DNA of 64,000 bases from Thecamonas trahens ATCC 50062. Its lineage: Eukaryota; Protista; Apusomonadida. The translations under genes and the position numbers were made by a program. Below are positions 61,201-64,000 of this stretch, in pieces. Where the stretch lies: positions 397,498 to 461,497 of the forward strand of contig NW_013657670.1 of NCBI RefSeq assembly GCF_000142905.1, in the 5' to 3' direction. Under the pieces are notes generated by a model that saw only the letters and a program-made list of their open reading frames with translations, was not told where the DNA came from and did no database searches. Within the stretch, counting starts at the first letter, position 1. Each line of letters starts with the position of its first letter.

Positions 61201-62336
61201 CTGTGGCCGACACGCTCTTTGCTGACCGCAAGATCCTCGAGTCCGAGCAGAAAATCAACTTGCTGCGAAAGCACCTAGAGGCACTGCGGGCGCAGAACAA
61301 GCGCAACTTTGTGCGGCTCACAATCTCGCGCGAAGACATTGTAGTCTCTGTGGTGCGGGCGTTCTCGTCGCTGGCGCCGTCAGAAATGCTCTGCCCGCTC
61401 AAAGTGCACTTTGAAGGCGAGGCCGGCGTAGACGCGGGCGGGCTCACGGGCGACATGTACACCGAGTTCTTTATGCACGTATTTGAGCCACGGTACGCGC
61501 TCTTTGAGTGTGCAGAGGATTCGGGCGAGGCAACAGGCCAGGCGTACCTACCGTCGGCCAAGGCCGAGTCGCCCAAGTCGCTGTACGCTCTCGAGGTCAT
61601 GGGCCGTGTCCTCTGCAAGGCGCTGCTCGACGCGCGGTCTGTGTACCTTCCATTCCCGTCGTCGCTGTACAAGTACCTTCTCGGGCTCCCGGTCAACATC
61701 CGCGATCTCGAGGCTTACGACCGGACAGCAGCAGCCAACCTCCACAAGGTGCTCACCGAGCCGGACGTCTCGACATGGTGCCTCTCGTTCCCCAACGAGG
61801 ACGGCGACCTCATCGACGTGACGGCCGGCAACGCGGCGCAGTACGTTGAGTGGCACGTGAACGACAAGCTCCTCAAGTGCCGCGAGAAGCAACTGGCGGC
61901 ACTCAAGACCGGGTTCTTTGCGGTCGACTCGGTATGCGACATGCGGACGTTCCTCTCGGTCTTTAACGCGTCGGACCTCATGCTCGCACTCGGTGGCGAG
62001 CCGACCATCGACTCGCGGCTCATTGTGCGCGCGTTGACATTCCACCCCAAGTCGTGGAAGGTCTCGGGCCGGACGCCGCGGTACATCAAGCGGTTCCTCT
62101 CGGAGCTCTCGCTCCACGGGCTGCGGCAGTTCTTGCGGCTCACGACCTCGCTCTTCACCGTCCCGTATGGCGGCTTTAAGAAGAAGCGCATCGTTATCCA
62201 GCAGTCGAACCGGATCTTTGGCCACTCGTGCTCGTTTGCTCTCGAGCTTCCCGAGTTTGACCGGTACGAGGACTTGCGCAAGTCGCTCCTGCAGGCGCTA
62301 GCCCAGGTCGAGGCTGCCGGGTTCTCTGATCGGTAA
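55212..62336 (+). CDS. Ankyrin-PH-ankyrin-coiled coil-pseudokinase-HECT E3 ubiquitin ligase (2374 aa)
   Basis: TPLH-type ankyrin repeats. PH domain (GWL..KWAKRWCVL..LYFAA..W). Kinase fold (VVLK, E, YVGPE, SDVYSVG, PDKR). HECT domain (VHFEGEAGVDAGGL, LYKYLLG, FLRLTT, GHSCSFALELP). Confidence 0.92.
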   Translation: MFGSSPPPPSASAANAYGPGAASSTGSAGLGVGGPTGPQAGMPSAASTHVCDAVANNSMNDLQTFLPLVDVNAASSETGCSPLQVAAFYDRTKMLPLLLQAGARVDKAHPKLGTPLYIACKKGHDKFARSLLDAGADPDAINTSQGMAPLHVACSIGALEVVRALVVAGANVSITDTKNGATPLHRAVHGGHRTVALYLIREVGADINTMTCSGRTPLLLAARSAQDKVIEALAAAGAFINLADDQGQTPLHMAAKGSKKSTLKLLLKLGAEPGMTDHAGKTPADFATQKSWRKLLRKAAAKASAGGSSSVPSGPSSALAFRRNRATSGGAASSLSSSPPTQFGMRPPASRTSPISMLPDPPSSRPSGRGRASTSERINRPPTNFGHFSTTPGQTSTPVDIPGTSSSPPPPTSSSLLAPTDYPASASPGSANGIMSPIERLLKSADSPSSDRAAAASSGGGSTGVTSPSTLTALRREALRPPASAAGASSGSGSSKSKSKKDSSKSDQAAYEKVHGWLNCRPSGGKWAKRWCVLRGSIFSIFESRETDDGSTAPRPVNCIRTIDTAHARVAIVTNAPDTSRHCFAVTSHTTREKLYFAAMSEKRLRTWTTLLIQAGGRKHAQASGSERAKAAVLAPQALSNLSALMTGDGIKGGKAFGSSHYTSSIHEAVIDGALDVFKAFVTTNPSAVKKRNAKGELPLYLAARYGHEAMVDLMLSGSLKTKVEVDAFNGQLGERGTALLAAASKGHDDIVRKLLAAGAQPDLYPPGAVADTPTIGAAKSGAFAVLDLLLEAGADPLLPDRSGKTPMYWASRRSHDGAVSLLRKHGALELKVTPPPFQSPAAVKAARAERARHKNTTNATRKHAADDSVPELNTSNPEGGVGSPKASGSSAMATPRRAKLPQAALDVHDKSGATSTKSLAATGSAADFGDGDGTGSDDDSLAPRPVAGTGKEIDDANEPSSMHISDSSSRLETGTEPPPPLPPLPRTASDVAGDILAHVERRDSFESDESAGKARAAAVRAGGVVLSDELSDEDDDDDDDAEVVTDDDEDDDDDDDNGDETLVSSRARRLARAGDVDETGSATGTDIDLLAQLSTPSQTPGHSRTGTRTESGSGSESGSGSGSGSNSDSDSELDSETGSGSSLCRSGSSLLQPHDLLGMSQVSIAEPPPMLEVSDTDDDGSRSSTLLGMEPTAQPPLGLSAFSEGESTDADSMIASVPNLVTDGLTAESMTEGSPRVLTPKSTVFVASPVERSDGRRMRSLLAQPLASRSTSALPSSPSESFIPTALDRLADKMRGVLRSRAEAEVLLAPRSKLAKLTEAARAYCTSASLDSSVSIFLTRLEKAVGEMDELEAELAASLGGESREALGLPERTSPMRELKGKEVVDVLDSPRTGPPFDPHKLRRYRVLRGEVASLMGRLQRELGECGESEGPDAFSAVAQAHTELVTMHSELVANSSSGMASPSSMTAVSANEMLDALLAAEREAEAATARLAPASARVEALVAELGEALEEEAQILAASQARLDVMFKHAVSVSSRFLLDDKRARLVRARATVDTLESRLVSADEAKAKVEALVSQAEELKKTMKAKALLLIDMKREIIQREDEWDVEIAARAHAEHDALEQELTDLKSQRGLLISDIAREAAHSGNLHVLLEVPELASPVAAHRRERRRRKKDGGSSGGKAGNADDDPFEVSDDDSGEGAKRAFDKSHESDRELVLQLRASLPGDSGAAEAAPGGGDGESAMPRLNPADAFAQSRVLLPPNGASQVSGCRLLQAVEKESGARVVLKVHPSRESAVHEHRMLSSITSPLVVSTRGLYTHQGYAYVVMDEVVGVDLVDVLDGSLKVWEVQSLFLQILQGLAVLNRAKLMHGALDPWHIRLDASASRPVLVSLRHAVPISVFAAAPLGENTRSPAYVGPEVESGRVVPGSDVYSVGIMLYQAVTGRLPSMAQVLHGATGDDVKDVKLKSLLNGMLQPDPDKRVGVFEALTHEFFSHSVADTLFADRKILESEQKINLLRKHLEALRAQNKRNFVRLTISREDIVVSVVRAFSSLAPSEMLCPLKVHFEGEAGVDAGGLTGDMYTEFFMHVFEPRYALFECAEDSGEATGQAYLPSAKAESPKSLYALEVMGRVLCKALLDARSVYLPFPSSLYKYLLGLPVNIRDLEAYDRTAAANLHKVLTEPDVSTWCLSFPNEDGDLIDVTAGNAAQYVEWHVNDKLLKCREKQLAALKTGFFAVDSVCDMRTFLSVFNASDLMLALGGEPTIDSRLIVRALTFHPKSWKVSGRTPRYIKRFLSELSLHGLRQFLRLTTSLFTVPYGGFKKKRIVIQQSNRIFGHSCSFALELPEFDRYEDLRKSLLQALAQVEAAGFSDR

Positions 62337-62385
62337 AAAGTGAAGGTTGTTGTGCAGTGTAGTGCGAGGCGTTCACTGGGCCGGG

Positions 62386-64000
62386 CTACAGGTGGAAGGG
62401 CCGGTTGCGGTAGTCAGGCGCAGCGTGTGCCGGACGGCGGCCTGCAGCGGCCTGCGGCGGCGGGGCAAAGTTGGCCTGATTGGTGGTCTGGTACGGCGAG
62501 TGCGCGGCGACGGGATGAGCAAGGAAGTTGCCCTCGGAGGAGGCCAGGGCAGAAGCGGCCGGGCGGGAGGCTGCGGAGGAGGTGGCCCAGGGCGGGGCCG
62601 GGCCTGAGGAGCCGTACGGCTTGGGCTTGGGCTTGAACCCGGAGCGGAGATCCTCCGGGAGAAGGTTGACGTCGTTGGCATCCTTGAGGACGCCCTTGGG
62701 CAGGTAGCCGAGGAGCTTGGAGGCGTGCTCCTTGATGAGGCGCTGGCGCTCCTCCTCGATGATGGCGGCGCGATAGGCCTCGAACTCGCGCTCCTGGGCG
62801 CGGCGGTCGTGCTCTGCAGAGAGCTCGGCCTCGTAAGCTTCGCGGCGCTGGCGAATGAGCTCGTCGACTTCGCGGCGATGCTGGATCTGGCGCATGCGGC
62901 GCTTGTTGGCGGCCATCTGCTCGAGCTTCTCGTCCTGGGCAAACTTCTCGAGCATGGCAGCGCGGAAGGCCTCCTCCTCGTCGCGGCGGGCCTGCGCTCT
63001 GCGGGCCTTGGCCTCCATCTGCTCCTTGTACGACGCCTGCATCTCGATGCGCTGGCGGATGCGCTTTTCCATCTCGGCGCGCTCGCGGGCACGGGCAGCA
63101 GCCTCCTGCTCCTCCCAATGGAGCTCCTGGCGGAGGTCTTCGAGCTCGCGGCGCGAGGCCTCCTGCTGGGCAATGGCGGCAGCCTGCTGCTCACGGACAC
63201 GCTCGCGGAGGGCGTCCTTGGCGCGACGGGTGGCCTCGAAGCGCGCCTTGCGTTCCTCTTGTTGCTTGACATATGCGGCGATTTCGACGTTCTCGGCCTC
63301 GATGCGTGCACGCTCGGCGGTCTTGATGGCCTCGCGCTGGCGCATAAACTCGTCGATGTACTCGCGGGTCTCGCGCTGCTTCTCCAGTCGCTCGCGGGCG
63401 GAAGCGTCGTCTTCGGCCTGGATCTTGGCGACGATCTCGTCGATCATGGCCTTCTCACGGAGGAACTCCTCATAGGCAGCCTCCTTGGCAGCCTCCTTGG
63501 CTTCGAGCTGCTCCTGCAGTGACTCGCGGTAGGCGGTGGCCTTGGCAGCGTTGGCGGCCATGCGGGCGTCCTCGTCGACAAAGGCGCGCTGCCACTCTTC
63601 CAGCAGCTGGCGGTCACGGGCTTGCTCCTCGGCGACCCGCTGCTGGAACATGAGCTCCTTCTCGGCCATCTGCGCCGCGCGCTCCTTGGTCAGATACGCG
63701 GCCTTGAGCCGCGACTGCAGCTCGCGGAGCTCCGCCGAGTCCTCGCGGATGAGCTGGCGGAGCTTGGCGTCTCTCAGTGCGTCGGCCTTGCGGCGCTCGA
63801 CCTCGTTGGCGAGCGCAACTTCTTCGGCACGTCGGCGAGCGGCGGCTTCACGAGCTGCACCAGTCCGCTCGACCTCGGCAGCCATCTGAGCCTCCTGCTG
63901 AGCCGCGCGCATCTCACGCATCCTCCGCTTGGCTTGGACACGATCGTTGGAGACATGGGCGCCAAACTCAATCCTGTCCGTTGCCAGATGAGAGTGCAGC
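62386..64000 (-). CDS. MNS1: Meiosis-specific nuclear structural protein 1 (ciliary microtubule inner protein), 5'-truncated
   Basis: LRQLIREDSAELRELQSRLKAAY..ERAAQ, MLEKFAQDEKLEQM..KRRM..HRR, IIEEERQRLIKEHA.KLLGYLPKGV. The frame remains open to the window edge. Confidence 0.92.
   Translation of the reverse strand, partial: LHSHLATDRIEFGAHVSNDRVQAKRRMREMRAAQQEAQMAAEVERTGAAREAAARRRAEEVALANEVERRKADALRDAKLRQLIREDSAELRELQSRLKAAYLTKERAAQMAEKELMFQQRVAEEQARDRQLLEEWQRAFVDEDARMAANAAKATAYRESLQEQLEAKEAAKEAAYEEFLREKAMIDEIVAKIQAEDDASARERLEKQRETREYIDEFMRQREAIKTAERARIEAENVEIAAYVKQQEERKARFEATRRAKDALRERVREQQAAAIAQQEASRRELEDLRQELHWEEQEAAARARERAEMEKRIRQRIEMQASYKEQMEAKARRAQARRDEEEAFRAAMLEKFAQDEKLEQMAANKRRMRQIQHRREVDELIRQRREAYEAELSAEHDRRAQEREFEAYRAAIIEEERQRLIKEHASKLLGYLPKGVLKDANDVNLLPEDLRSGFKPKPKPYGSSGPAPPWATSSAASRPAASALASSEGNFLAHPVAAHSPYQTTNQANFAPPPQAAAGRRPAHAAPDYRNRPFHL

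Overview
Gene-dense, GC-rich, intron-poor eukaryotic genomic DNA with a 594-N assembly gap at 34297-34890. The ciliary genes (MNS1, CCDC81), peroxisomal/mitochondrial/lysosomal enzymes and overall style indicate a free-living flagellate protist, consistent with an apusomonad such as Thecamonas trahens (inference, not verified). About 27 protein-coding genes can be supported: PPT1 (partial), a tiny CaaX protein, CENP-E/kinesin-7, a secreted propeller-like protein, two convergent ABCG half-transporters, Vps54, an RD-rich SRI-domain protein, a Rieske protein, an F-box-like giant protein, a protein ending in a toxin-like/ASCH-associated domain, NOC2, mitochondrial ValRS, site-2 protease, NIFK/Nop15, a peroxisomal acyl-CoA dehydrogenase, an orphan 7TM protein, WDR83/MORG1, a PhoD-like phosphatase, PIP5K, a Cys-repeat single-pass receptor, a frameshifted giant FG-GAP multi-pass receptor, CCDC81, an ankyrin-PH-pseudokinase-HECT ligase and MNS1 (partial). 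No tRNA, rRNA, CRISPR array or intact mobile element was recognised. The most notable items are the 2374-aa ANK-PH-ANK-coiled-coil-pseudokinase-HECT fusion, the tail-to-tail ABCG pair with Cys-rich ectodomains, the toxin-like domain, two unusual surface receptors sharing a divergent promoter, and the systematic abutting or overlap of convergent gene ends. All family assignments come from motif recognition by eye; no searches were run.
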